A DNA stretch of 63,933 nt, the filler included, from Octopus bimaculoides (Eukaryota), in assembly GCF_001194135.2 (NCBI RefSeq). It is 4 parts of 4 records of this genome, joined end to end, with 100 filler letters (N's around TTAATTAATTAA, not from the genome) between each part and the next. Parts side by side here need not be neighbours in the genome. Positions count along the whole stretch, not along the records: positions 44,722 to 62,545 come from NC_068987.1; 3 more parts are not named here. One strand, written 5' to 3'. Of the stretch, positions 50,255 through 62,545 are shown piece after piece (the stretch's first letter is position 1; every line of letters begins with the position of its first letter). The translations under genes were made by a program, and so were the position numbers. Below the pieces are notes generated by a model, which saw nothing but the letters and a program-made list of their open reading frames with translations, had not been told where the DNA came from and searched no databases.

Positions 50255-50420
50255 AGCCGTGTGGCCAATTTATTGACTTGGGTGGTGCATTCATGTTCGC
50301 TAGACTGCAGGTTCGATTTCCGAAGAAAATGGTGCGTTGTGTTCTTAAGCAAAGCACTTCATTTTACGATGCTCCAGTCCACTCACCTGCAAATGAGTAA
50401 CCCTGAGACGGATTACCGAT
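50255..50420 (+). mobile_element. SINE family C, diverged
   Basis: ggttcgatttcc..gcgttgtgttcttaagcaaagcacttcatttt..ctccagtccactca..aaatgagtaac. Confidence 0.7.
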
Positions 50421-50434
50421 GTATGCTCTGGTCG

Positions 50435-50473
<39 letters not shown>

Positions 50474-50577
50474 CATTGATTAGAGAGCAAACGTTTAATT
50501 CGAGCCAACGACTTTATATAACACCACACTTCCATACATTTGATCATATTAAANNNNNNNNNNGTATGCTCTGGTCG

Positions 50578-50616
<39 letters not shown>

Positions 50617-50954
50617 CACAGTAGGTAAAAAATATATATGTAACAAAAGTACAAATATATAGAACAGCCTATCAAGAAGGTATATACAATCGACTAAAAA
50701 TTTCTAAAGCGTGTCATGCGATTAAAAACTTTAATAAAATATCAATCGACTAAAATTTTCATTTATCCCCGCAATTAAAATATGTCAAAAAAGTTCATAA
50801 AAACCATGGTAGTATTTTTTTTTATATCTCTGTCTTAATCTCATTTGAGCTCTTCTTTTTTGCAGTCTTATAAACATTTTTATCTCCATAAACAGAGGCA
50901 AAAATTATTTCTCGTATATATATTCTTTTAATCTTTTAAATATGTTTTTGTTGT

Positions 50955-51138
50955 CTCAGCCATTTGACTGCAGTCATGCTAGAGCACCGCCTTTAGTCGA
51001 ACAAATCGACCCCAAGATTTTTTCTTTGTAAGCCTGGTAGTTATTATTTCGGTCTCTTTTGCCGAACCATTAGCTTACCGGGACGTAAATACACCAGCAT
51101 CGGTTGTCAAGCGATGATGGGTGGGGACAAAGACTCAA

Positions 51139-51169
<31 letters not shown>

Positions 51170-51340
51170 CATATATACGACGAGCTTCTTTCAGTTTCTG
51201 TTTATCAAATCCACTCACAAGGCTTTGGTCGGCCTGAGGCTATAGTAGAAGACACTTGACCAAGTTTTCACGCAGTGAAACTGAACCCGGAACCATTCGG
51301 TTAGTAGGTAAGCTACTTAAAACACAGCCACTCCTGCGTC
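50955..51340 (-). mobile_element. SINE family B
   Basis: Complete head to tail on the minus strand. Confidence 0.9.
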
Positions 51341-51364
51341 TATCCACACAGGAACTCCTTTTTG

Positions 51365-51427
<63 letters not shown>

Positions 51428-51581
51428 CACACACACAATATATAAATATATATACGTATTTATATGCATGTGTGTGAGGGTGTGTATATATATATGTATA
51501 TGTTAGTATATATGTGTATATATGTATGTCTGTATGTGCATATCCATCGATCTCTCTCCCTCCCCCCTCTCTCTCTCTCTG

Positions 51582-51623
<42 letters not shown>

Positions 51624-52216
51624 CATATACATAATTGCATTTGTGCGTAAACACACACACACACACGCAACACGTCCAAATGCATACACACATATACATC
51701 GAGATGAGTTTGACTCATTCAGCAAACAGAAGACATTTTCTAATGTATTGCGTCGTGGATTCGCACCAAGAATAACATTGTCTTAAACCAATAGTGGTAT
51801 AATATAAATTATGTGCTTTTGAGGCTATATATGTCCTTTTCGAGAGTCATAATTGCTAATTTCAAGCGAATTTCTTAACAAAACAGTCATGCCTACGTTC
51901 ACTCATTCAATCTTCAAAAATCTCGAAATTGATAATTATGACGTTAAAAGAAAAAAAAAACAGAAAGAAGTGTGTAGTAGATAACCAGAATAAAATTGCG
52001 GTACATTACCGTATATTTTTCACTTGTAATGTCATCTGCGCTTTATATTAGACCACATAAATGAATTTATCTCAAAGCTCAACGTATCCATTATTTTTCT
52101 GGAGGACTTTCTATGTCTTCTTTAATTTTATTTGCCGTCTATAGCATCTATTTCTTACAAACATATTTTCTGTTGGTATCAGCATTTATCATCATCAACG
52201 TTTCTCAGTCTCTGTC

Positions 52217-52293
<77 letters not shown>

Positions 52294-52401
52294 CTTTTTA
52301 TTTCTGCACACACACACAAGCGCACAATGGAATATATAGATATGTGTATCTGTTTGTATGCATGCATACATGCGTGATGTGTGAGAGTGTGTATGTGTGT
52401 A

Positions 52402-52437
<36 letters not shown>

Positions 52438-52841
52438 CATTTGTATATAAATATATATTTTATATTTGTAGTTATATACATATGCAGTCCTATATATATA
52501 TACGTATTTTTGGGGTGTGTATTTATATATGACTATAAACACACGCTCATGCTCATAGATATTGCTTAAATTAATTAGCCCATTTATTTAAAATCATTCT
52601 CAGAGTGATTACTGAATTAAATGACGATAACTATTACTCCTACACTTTGCTGTAGGCCGCAAAGGATGAAGAGATACTGTCATGTCTGATAAAAGCATCA
52701 ACACTGGTTTTCAAATTACGCTGCGTTTAAGACCTGTTGGATTTCATAACTTATCTTACATATGGTGTACTTGTGCTCGAACTTGCTTCAGATTTTGCAA
52801 TTAACAAAAGTTTCATAACAATTTTCCATTTTCTTTTTTTA

Positions 52842-53180
52842 TTACCCCCGCTTTACCGAAGGCCGAGGTATTGTTCAGTCGCGTTTGTTTGTGTGTTTCT
52901 TTCTCCATGGACAAGATATCTCAAGAACCACTAGATGGATTCAGATGAAACATTCAGAGATGTTTGGCGTCGTGACTGGCACAATCTGAGTTGATTTGGA
53001 GATCGATCGGATACCGGACAAGGATTCTGGATTATTTTCCCTTTATTTACTTAATTTTTGAGGCCAGAGCATTCGAGTTAATTTCAGATATTCTCATTTT
53101 AAAAATCATCACTGGCTAATCGTTGAGAGGACCTTGGGGTTGCTTTGGTGGAGATTGGCGCTCTCTAAGTGCTCTTGTTT
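52842..53180 (+). mobile_element. Helentron-associated non-autonomous element (HINE-like)
   Basis: ttattacccccgc..gtttgtttgt..gatatctcaagaaccactagatggatt..ggagattggcgctctctaagtgctcttgttt terminal hairpin (layout recalled, not searched). Confidence 0.55.
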
Positions 53181-53518
53181 CTCTTACCTTTTGCGTCGCG
53201 TGTAAAATTGAGGTGCTGTGAAATAATATTTGTCTAATTTCCTTTAATATATACAAGTATAAAGAATTACTAACGCTCCTGTTTAGCGAATCGTCAACTT
53301 ATTATTAAAATGTCACACCTGAATGCTTGATGTAAACGTTTGCCTTATAAAGGATAACACTTTACTTATTTCATAAAAAATTATATTTCATATTAGCTGA
53401 ACTAAATTTCTTGTTTGTTAATTTAAAGAAGATTTAATTCTGATATGTTCCTAATACATTATGATAATCAGTAGTAGGAATTATGTGCGCTGGTTAGTAT
53501 TTTCCGGGTTTTGATATC

Positions 53519-53681
53519 TGTTGTGTCGAAGCCCCAGGCGAAGAAGTAGGATCTCCCAAGACATATAAATAGAGGGAGTCTGGCCGTGGTAGGGTGTTGA
53601 GTAGCAGTCGGGTATCAGTTGTGTAGCGGTTGAGTAGAGATCATCCGAAGATGCTAGATAGCAGTAGCTTGAGACATAACA
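53519..53681 (+). mobile_element. 163-bp solo LTR with 5-bp TSD
   Basis: TG..CA ends; inverted termini TGTTGTGTC/GACATAACA (8/9); ATATC directly repeated at 53514-18 and 53682-86; TATAAATA box inside. Confidence 0.8.
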
Positions 53682-53767
53682 ATATCAAGGGCACGGATCT
53701 CATCAAGCTTCCAATCATGTATGTATGTATGTATGTATGTATGTATGTATGTATGTATGTATGTATG

Positions 53768-53799
<32 letters not shown>

Positions 53800-53835
53800 C
53801 ATGTATGTATGTATTTATGTATGTATCAATATGTA

Positions 53836-55101
53836 CGAGATGGTATGAAAGAGTTCCCGGACTACTTCTGTAGCCCTCCAACAGATGACAACACATTGCG
53901 TCATACGCAATGAGAGAAAGAAGAGACCTTCATGAGGCAGTGTGCCGTGTGATATTGCTCTGTTTACTTCCGCAAATTGTGAAATTTGTGTTTTTGTGAT
54001 CACATGTATACTGTAGTCTACGATTTTGTCATGAAAAGAAAGTTGCAATAAAGAGCTAACGTGGAATTTTGCGTTAAACCTCGGAAGCCTGCTACAGAGT
54101 CATTGAGCATGCTTCGGCAAGCTTACGGTGACGCGGCAATGGGACGTACGCAATGTCACGACTGGCACAGGCGCTTGAAAAGCGGAAGAGTCTCCCTGAA
54201 AGATGACGAACGATCTGGAAGACCTGCCACGAGCGTCACCCTTGGAAATGTGGAGTAAATTCATCAGCTTGTGCATGATGATTATCGAAGGACAATCAAC
54301 GGCATTGCTGATGTTGTCAGTCTGTCGTATGGCTCCGTGGAGGCAATCCTAAGGTCTGAATTGAACATTTGGTGTGTCTTCCAACTTCGTCACTCGCTTG
54401 TTGAGCACTGAGCAGTAAGAACATAGTATCGAAATTTGTAAAATCTTCATCAGCGTACCGCTTATTACCCATCTTTCATGTGCAGGAGCGTCACCGGCGG
54501 CGAAAGTCGGATCTACGGGTACGAACTTGAGATGAAACAGCAGCTGTCACAATGGAAGAGGTCTTCATCTCTATATCTGAGGAAGATATGATGAAGCCGT
54601 AGCTCAATGAAGAGTATGGTCATTGTTTTTTTGATATCCACCATATTGACCATCGAAAATGTGTGCCCCGGAGTTAAACCGTTTTGAAGCGTATGAGTTG
54701 GGACATTCGGCGAAAGAGACCGGATCTGTGTTCGCGAAGATGTGGATTCTTCACACCGAGCTCTCTTCACTCGTGAGTTTCTTGCCAAAAACAACATGTT
54801 ATCGCCTCCGTACCTGCCCTATTCGCCAGATGTAGCATCTGCGGATTTCAATCTCTTCTACACGATGAAAATGCAGCACAAATGACGCCGTTTTAGCACC
54901 ATTGTCAAGAGCCAGATCGAATCACAGAAGGTCCTCGGTTCGCTTACTGGAATCGACGTCCAGACCGGATTCCAAGGAACGCTGGAACCGACGTATTGGT
55001 GACTATTTCGAAAGAGAGGATGTTAAAACTTAGGTAAATAAGTTAACTCTTATTAAACCTAACTAGCATAACTGGTCCGGGAAATTTGTGATGCTACCTG
55101 G
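53836..55101 (+). mobile_element. Full-length decayed mariner transposon (second family)
   Basis: TA flanks; TIRs cgagatggtatgaaagagttcccggac / gtccgggaaatttgtgatgctacctgg. Peptides MLRQAYGDAAMGRTQCHDWHRRLKSGRVSLKDDERSGRP, VTGGESRIYGYE..KQQLSQW, PYLPYSPDVASADF. Confidence 0.92.
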
Positions 55102-55125
55102 TATGCATATTTGTATATACATACT

Positions 55126-55157
<32 letters not shown>

Positions 55158-55228
55158 TATGTACATGCATATATCCATTCGTCAATAAATATACACACTG
55201 TTGTCTATACACATCTCCAACGATCGCA

Positions 55229-55275
<47 letters not shown>

Positions 55276-55656
55276 ACACACGCAGAGTCACGCTTCTCAT
55301 AAAAATAACGACTTTATATTTTGTAAAATTTTATATTTTATCAGGCAAGGTTAATATCATAATACTTATTTGAAACAGCGTTTCAGATATATTATTATAG
55401 AGTATTTATGTAATTTTGTCTATATGCTCATAAATCGTAAACAAGCTAAAAACAAGACAGAATCTCGAAGTTTACCTTAACTCTATTGACTAATTCTGTT
55501 CCCTTACCGCACTAACGATTCTGCGTTTAGCGAGATTTACGACTGGTGTATCTAGTATGACTAACTCTAATGAAAACTATTTTTCACCATCATAGTATTG
55601 TTTATACATGAAAGCTGCTGGGTGCTTTACAACATCTAGCATCGCATAGGCAATGG

Positions 55657-55756
55657 CTGCTGGCGATAAATGTATCTTTTTAAATTGAACTTTCTCGAAC
55701 TTTCTTTATCGCAACATAAGTGTTATCAGTTTAAAAGATACATATATCGCCAGCAG
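55657..55756. repeat. 100-nt hairpin with about 31-bp stem
   Basis: ctgctggcgataaatgtatctttttaaattga / tcagtttaaaagatacatatatcgccagcag. Confidence 0.85.
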
Positions 55757-55870
55757 TCTATAGTATTGGGAGAAGATGTAAGGGAAACAACTGCTTTTAT
55801 ACACATGGTATTCTATTATCATCATCATTATTATTATTGTAATTGTTATTATTATTTATTATTATTATTA

Positions 55871-55917
<47 letters not shown>

Positions 55918-55999
55918 GCTGTTGTTGTTGTTGTTGTTGTTGTTACTGCTGGTGTTGTTGTTGGTGGTGTTTTTTGTTGTTGTTGTTCTTCTTCTTCTC

Positions 56000-56041
<42 letters not shown>

Positions 56042-56130
56042 GCTGTTGTTGTTGTTGTTGTTGTTGTTGGTGGTGTTTTTTGTTGTTGTTCTTCTTCTTC
56101 TCGTTATTATTATCATTATTATTATTATTA

Positions 56131-56195
<65 letters not shown>

Positions 56196-57178
56196 NNNNN
56201 NNNNNNNNNNNNNNNNNNNNNNNNNNNNNNNNNNNNNNNNNNNNNNNNNNNNNNNNNNNNNNNNNNNNNNNNNNNNNNNNNNNNNNNNNNNNNNNNNNNN
56301 NNNNNNNNNNNNNNNNNNNNNNNNNNNNNNNNNNNNNNNNNNNNNNNNNNNNNNNNNNNNNNNNNNNNNNNNNNNNNNNNNNNNNNNNNNNNNNNNNNNN
56401 NNNNNNNNNNNNNNNNNNNNNNNNNNNNNNNNNNNNNNNNNNNNNNNNNNNNNNNNNNNNNNNNNNNNNNNNNNNNNNNNNNNNNNNNNNNNNNNNNNNN
56501 NNNNNNNNNNNNNNNNNNNNNNNNNNNNNNNNNNNNNNNNNNNNNNNNNNNNNNNNNNNNNNNNNNNNNNNNNNNNNNNNNNNNNNNNNNNNNNNNNNNN
56601 NNNNNNNNNNNNNNNNNNNNNNNNNNNNNNNNNNNNNNNNNNNNNNNNNNNNNNNNNNNNNNNNNNNNNNNNNNNNNNNNNNNNNNNNNNNNNNNNNNNN
56701 NNNNNNNNNNNNNNNNNNNNNNNNNNNNNNNNNNNNNNNNNNNNNNNNNNNNNNNNNNNNNNNNNNNNNNNNNNNNNNNNNNNNNNNNNNNNNNNNNNNN
56801 NNNNNNNNNNNNNNNNNNNNNNNNNNNNNNNNNNNNNNNNNNNNNNNNNNNNNNNNNNNNNNNNNNNNNNNNNNNNNNNNNNNNNNNNNNNNNNNNNNNN
56901 NNNNNNNNNNNNNNNNNNNNNNNNNNNNNNNNNNNNNNNNNNNNNNNNNNNNNNNNNNNNNNNNNNNNNNNNNNNNNNNNNNNNNNNNNNNNNNNNNNNN
57001 NNNNNNNNNNNNNNNNNNNNNNNNNNNNNNNNNNNNNNNNNNNNNNNNNNNNNNNNNNNNNNNNNNNNNNNNNNNNNNNNNNNNNNNNNNNNNNNNNNNN
57101 NNNNNNNNNNNNNNNNNNNNNNNNNNNNNNNNNNNNNNNNNNNNNNNNNNNNNNNNNNNNNNNNNNNNNNNNNNNNNN

Positions 57179-57469
57179 TTATAGCTTTTGTTGTTTCTTC
57201 TTCTTCTTCTTCGTATTTGTTAGGTAGATTGATTTCTTGTTTGTATTTGTCAGCTTCCTTAAATACTGAAAACAGTTTTTTGTTTTGCTCGTGTTTTGTG
57301 GCTATTTGTATTAGTTTCCCTTGCTTCTGGAGTAGGTATTTTTGCAGTCCTATGGTGGTTATTTTATAATAGTTTTCTAGCTGTATAAGACCCCTGCCAC
57401 CTTCTGTGCGTTGTATATATAGCCTTTCTATGTCAGATTTTGGGTGGTGCATCCTATATCCTGTCATTA

Positions 57470-57470
<1 letters not shown>
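57179..57470 (-). mobile_element. 5'-truncated R4/Dong fragment starting in (AAT)n; open reading frame
   Basis: MTGYRMHHPKSDIERLYIQRTEGGRGLIQLENYYK: the HPKSD..RLY..R..GGRGL signature of the R4/Dong clade. Confidence 0.9.
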
Positions 57471-57522
<52 letters not shown>

Positions 57523-57534
57523 ACAATTATTAAT

Positions 57535-57730
57535 GTAGCGAGCTGCCTGAGTATGTACAGCAGCCTGAATCTTTAGAGCTGTCAAAAAGAATACTTTTGC
57601 ACAATTTTTTGACGCTTTACATTCTGAGTTCAAAATGACAAGTTTAACTTTGCTTTGCATCGCTCTGGGGAACGATAAAATATTATGCCAAAAAATTGCT
57701 GGTGTTGGTGCTATTCAACTAACACTCTTC
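57535..57730 (+). mobile_element. Degenerate SINE A (another at about 58440-58655)
   Basis: attctgagttc(a/c)aa, tttgc(t/c)tt(g/t)cat and aaattgctgg motifs. Confidence 0.6.
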
Positions 57731-59165
57731 CCTAAAAAATCTGTGCTTAAACCTGAAACAATTATTAAAAGCATCATACAACCTAGTCACCATCATTAAA
57801 TAAATTGTTAATACTTCTTCAATTATAGTAATTCTATGGAAATTCATGTGTTTTCTTTTGGTTTACAAATTCTTGTAGACAGGCGGTATCTGTTATATAT
57901 TTCCACTTGTAAATTCTTTACAGCTTGTAATTATTTTAAAGCATTATCTAATGTGCTGAATTACTAAGATGGTTCATAAGAAGGAGACAAATTTGTCGTT
58001 TGTAGAATATTTGAATTATGTTTAAGGCAGTTCAATTACTTTCTAGTAAATATTCACCTTGACCTTAAACATATCACGCTAGAGATTATATTTACACAAA
58101 TTAGGATTGAAATACCTACGACGTAAGTAGGCATTTTATAAAATTGCTCAACTTCTTTGAAATTCTTTCATGCTGGTAAAATGAACTCATGCAGTTTGAC
58201 GAAACATATTCCAAGCACATTTACATTTTTTCTTTTATTCAAAAGCTCCACAAAACAAGAATGTATTTCTATAGTATTTCATTATGTTATGATATCCCCC
58301 AAAAAAGAAGAATATATCATTTGTAAGATATTTTTCGTCACGGACAATACATCCAAACATTATCACTTCCATAAATACTAGAGAATAAAATCGCCATAAC
58401 TGTTGCCAGTGATATCTTATAGGTTAGCTCAGTCTGTAAGGCTGTGAGCTGGTGGAACTGTTTTCGCACCGAACAAAATGTTTAGCGGAATTTCTTTCGG
58501 TTCCTTACATTCTGAGTTCCAATTATGCTGAGTTCAACTTCACCTTTCATTTCTTTAAGAACCGATAGAATAAGTAGCAGTTGAGCACTGGGATCGATAA
58601 AATCCCACTAAACTGTCTTCCCTACATTTGCAGGTCTATGCCAAAATTTGAAACAAATATTTATAGCTGGTCTAGGTCTCTCTTATGTAATAAAGAACAT
58701 TGAAAATGTAAATAGTAAATTTGAACAATCTGCTGTAGTAAAAGGGAAACCCTAGAAATGTCTGGCACGGGAAAAATTCTAACCAAATGCCTCAAGTATG
58801 GTAAAAGCAGAGCTCTGTCGAGAATTTAAAAAAATAGATCGGACTCTTGTCCCTTTGTCACACTATCAGTTCCCTTTTAATCCACAATCTAAGGCTTCTG
58901 CGGTTATTCTAATAAGATCTATTAATCTTTTGATAACTTGTTCAGTAACTGATAGACCCCTTACGTCTTGTATTATAAGTGCCATATTAATGACTATGTG
59001 GTCGAAATACCATTGAGATGAGTTTATTTGAGATATTCATCAGTCAAATATCAACTCAATCTGGAAATATATAGAAAATTATGCTTTCATGACTTGTTGG
59101 TAGATTCTGTATTATTACAATACTTGTACAAAATAGATTATGTAAAAACCTACAATGATTTGTTC

Positions 59166-59223
59166 TTCCAGGACTTCCTTTCAGGTCTTCCTTCCAGGAC
59201 TTCCTTCCAGGACTTCCTTCCAG
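59166..59223. repeat. 13-bp tandem repeat, about 4.5 copies
   Basis: ttccaggacttcc units. Confidence 0.9.
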
Positions 59224-59779
59224 TGTGATACAAAGTATACCTTGTTCTAAAGTGCCATAGAAAAACTATAGTTAGTTAATATTGGTCTGAGTCTTTTAAA
59301 GGTTGGTAACATTATTTTAAATTGCAAAACTTTTGCAACAAACTTTCCGATATAATGTGGAATATGAAGAAGTAGTAAATTCGGAAAATTCAAACCTTCT
59401 AAGATACGGCATTACAGAAATAATTAATTCACAATGGCGAGAGCTCGTTTAGAATTCCAAGGGGTTAACGCTTATCTAATATCCAAATGAAAATATTAAA
59501 GTAAAATGCCACTAATTAGCGTTTACTTTGAAGTTCGTATATCTATGGAAAGACTTTACACAGCTTTCCAAGCACCTGCGTTTCTACATCCATTTCTTCG
59601 AGTTACAAAATCTGCTACAAAATTTGCATCAGCGGCTCAGAGTCGTAGATCAATTTATCAACAAACGCTATCTATTCATATGTGGATTTTGTTTTGTAGA
59701 TTTGTAATATCACAACACGATTAAAAACCTTCCAAATTTCAATAAAACAGCAGCACGTAATTATCAAACGTTGAAGAAT

Positions 59780-59810
<31 letters not shown>

Positions 59811-59954
59811 TACACACACTCATATACACGCAAACACACACAAACACACAGACATACATGCATATATATATATATATATATATATACGCACATACATATA
59901 GATAGATATGTATGTGTGTATCTATGAATATTTATATATGTATGTATATATATA

Positions 59955-59984
<30 letters not shown>

Positions 59985-59985
<1 letters not shown>

Positions 59986-60033
59986 GGGAGAATATACAAA
60001 AAATAACAACAGACGAGGACAGGTGGTGTAAAT
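59985..60033 (-). mobile_element. Repeat family D, cut by a gap
   Basis: tgggagaatatacaaaaaataacaacagacgaggacaggtggtgtaaat after (TA)n, nearly identical to 47549. Confidence 0.85.
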
Positions 60034-61001
60034 NNNNNNNNNNNNNNNNNNNNNNNNNNNNNNNNNNNNNNNNNNNNNNNNNNNNNNNNNNNNNNNNNNN
60101 NNNNNNNNNNNNNNNNNNNNNNNNNNNNNNNNNNNNNNNNNNNNNNNNNNNNNNNNNNNNNNNNNNNNNNNNNNNNNNNNNNNNNNNNNNNNNNNNNNNN
60201 NNNNNNNNNNNNNNNNNNNNNNNNNNNNNNNNNNNNNNNNNNNNNNNNNNNNNNNNNNNNNNNNNNNNNNNNNNNNNNNNNNNNNNNNNNNNNNNNNNNN
60301 NNNNNNNNNNNNNNNNNNNNNNNNNNNNNNNNNNNNNNNNNNNNNNNNNNNNNNNNNNNNNNNNNNNNNNNNNNNNNNNNNNNNNNNNNNNNNNNNNNNN
60401 NNNNNNNNNNNNNNNNNNNNNNNNNNNNNNNNNNNNNNNNNNNNNNNNNNNNNNNNNNNNNNNNNNNNNNNNNNNNNNNNNNNNNNNNNNNNNNNNNNNN
60501 NNNNNNNNNNNNNNNNNNNNNNNNNNNNNNNNNNNNNNNNNNNNNNNNNNNNNNNNNNNNNNNNNNNNNNNNNNNNNNNNNNNNNNNNNNNNNNNNNNNN
60601 NNNNNNNNNNNNNNNNNNNNNNNNNNNNNNNNNNNNNNNNNNNNNNNNNNNNNNNNNNNNNNNNNNNNNNNNNNNNNNNNNNNNNNNNNNNNNNNNNNNN
60701 NNNNNNNNNNNNNNNNNNNNNNNNNNNNNNNNNNNNNNNNNNNNNNNNNNNNNNNNNNNNNNNNNNNNNNNNNNNNNNNNNNNNNNNNNNNNNNNNNNNN
60801 NNNNNNNNNNNNNNNNNNNNNNNNNNNNNNNNNNNNNNNNNNNNNNNNNNNNNNNNNNNNNNNNNNNNNNNNNNNNNNNNNNNNNNNNNNNNNNNNNNNN
60901 NNNNNNNNNNNNNNNNNNNNNNNNNNNNNNNNNNNNNNNNNNNNNNNNNNNNNNNNNNNNNNNNNNNNNNNNNNNNNNNNNNNNNNNNNNNNNNNNNNNN
61001 N

Positions 61002-61134
<133 letters not shown>

Positions 61135-61514
61135 TGATGATAAAAATGCATGATGAATATATTAATATATACGGGCAGCAACAATTCATTAATTGTGGAA
61201 ACTGTGATGAATAATAATTTTAATAATAATAGTACTGCTTATCGAAAATGTCACTTATGTTCCTTACATCTTAACACACGTGGTGAAATACGTTTCTTTT
61301 AAATGGATAGTAAGGACAACTTTCTAGAAAATTCTTTATCACAACACAAGGAACCTTCATAGAGCCAACCTTATTAGCATGAAATATTTATATTTCTTTG
61401 TCGTTTTTTAACTGTAGGAATGCCCTAAAGGAACAAACCTATAACAAAACAACAATAGCAAAAACCACATTAATTTTTAAGAGATATAGCATATGCAAGT
61501 GTAAAATAATATTT

Positions 61515-61905
61515 TTATGGATGTATGGTAAGTAGCTTGATTACGAACCACATGATTCTGGCTTCAGTCCCATTGCATGGCACCTTGGGCAAATGTCTTT
61601 TAATATAGCCTCGGGCCGACCAAAGCCTTGTGGGTGAATTTGGTAGACGGAAACTGAAAGAAGTCCGTCGTATATGCGTATGTGTGTGTATATGTTTGTG
61701 TGACTGTGTTTGTCCCCTAATATCGCTTGACAACCGATGTTGGTGTGTTTACGTCACCGTAAGTTAGTGGTTCGGCAAAAGAGACCGATGGAATAAGTAC
61801 TAGGCTTAAATAGAATTAGTCCTGGGATCAATTTCTTCTTCTAAAGACAGTGCTCCAGCATGGCCACAGTCACACGACTGAAACAAGTAAAAGAGTAAAG
61901 AGAGA
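61515..61905 (+). mobile_element. SINE family B (partial minus copy also at about 62170-62285)
   Basis: gtaagtagcttg..ggcaccttgggcaaatgtc..cagtgctccagcatggccacagtcacacgactgaaacaagtaaaagag. Confidence 0.9.
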
Positions 61906-62005
61906 GCTGGTAGGTTTGTGATTTGAGTGAGGTTTCGTTACTAATTCACACAGGTTAAGAGACAATGGGTCTATCACATTTATTGTTCCCTTTGGTTTAA
62001 CCTAG

Positions 62006-62064
62006 AGTAAACCCCGTCTGAATACACCCAATAGCAAAACCATGGCGGAAATTGAAAGCATTAG
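62006..62064 (+). CDS. Possible coding exon (unassigned; could precede the ENaC 'EN.L.L.IFF' exon)
   Basis: Acceptor ttggtttaacctag, donor gtaaag; only one open frame, SKPRLNTPNSKTMAEIESI(R). Lies beyond an artificial linker; no diagnostic motif. Confidence 0.25.
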
Positions 62065-62348
62065 GTAAAGTACTATTTTCATTTTCAAGTTTATTCAGCG
62101 CACCTTGTATGTATGTATGTATGTATGTATGTATGTATGTATATATTATGTATATATATATATATACATAATAGGTTTCTTTCAGTTTCCATCTATGAAA
62201 TCCATTCAGAAGTTTTTGGTCGGCTCGAGGCTATAACAGAAGATACTTGGTCAAGTTGCTTCGCAATGGGACTGAAATTGGAAGTCTTTTCATTTACCCG
62301 GGCGTCAAACTAATACACCCGGTTGTTGTTCTCTAAATTTGGACTATG

Positions 62349-62405
<57 letters not shown>

Positions 62406-62412
62406 TTATCTG

Positions 62413-62466
<54 letters not shown>

Positions 62467-62476
62467 GATCTATCTG

Positions 62477-62545
<69 letters not shown>

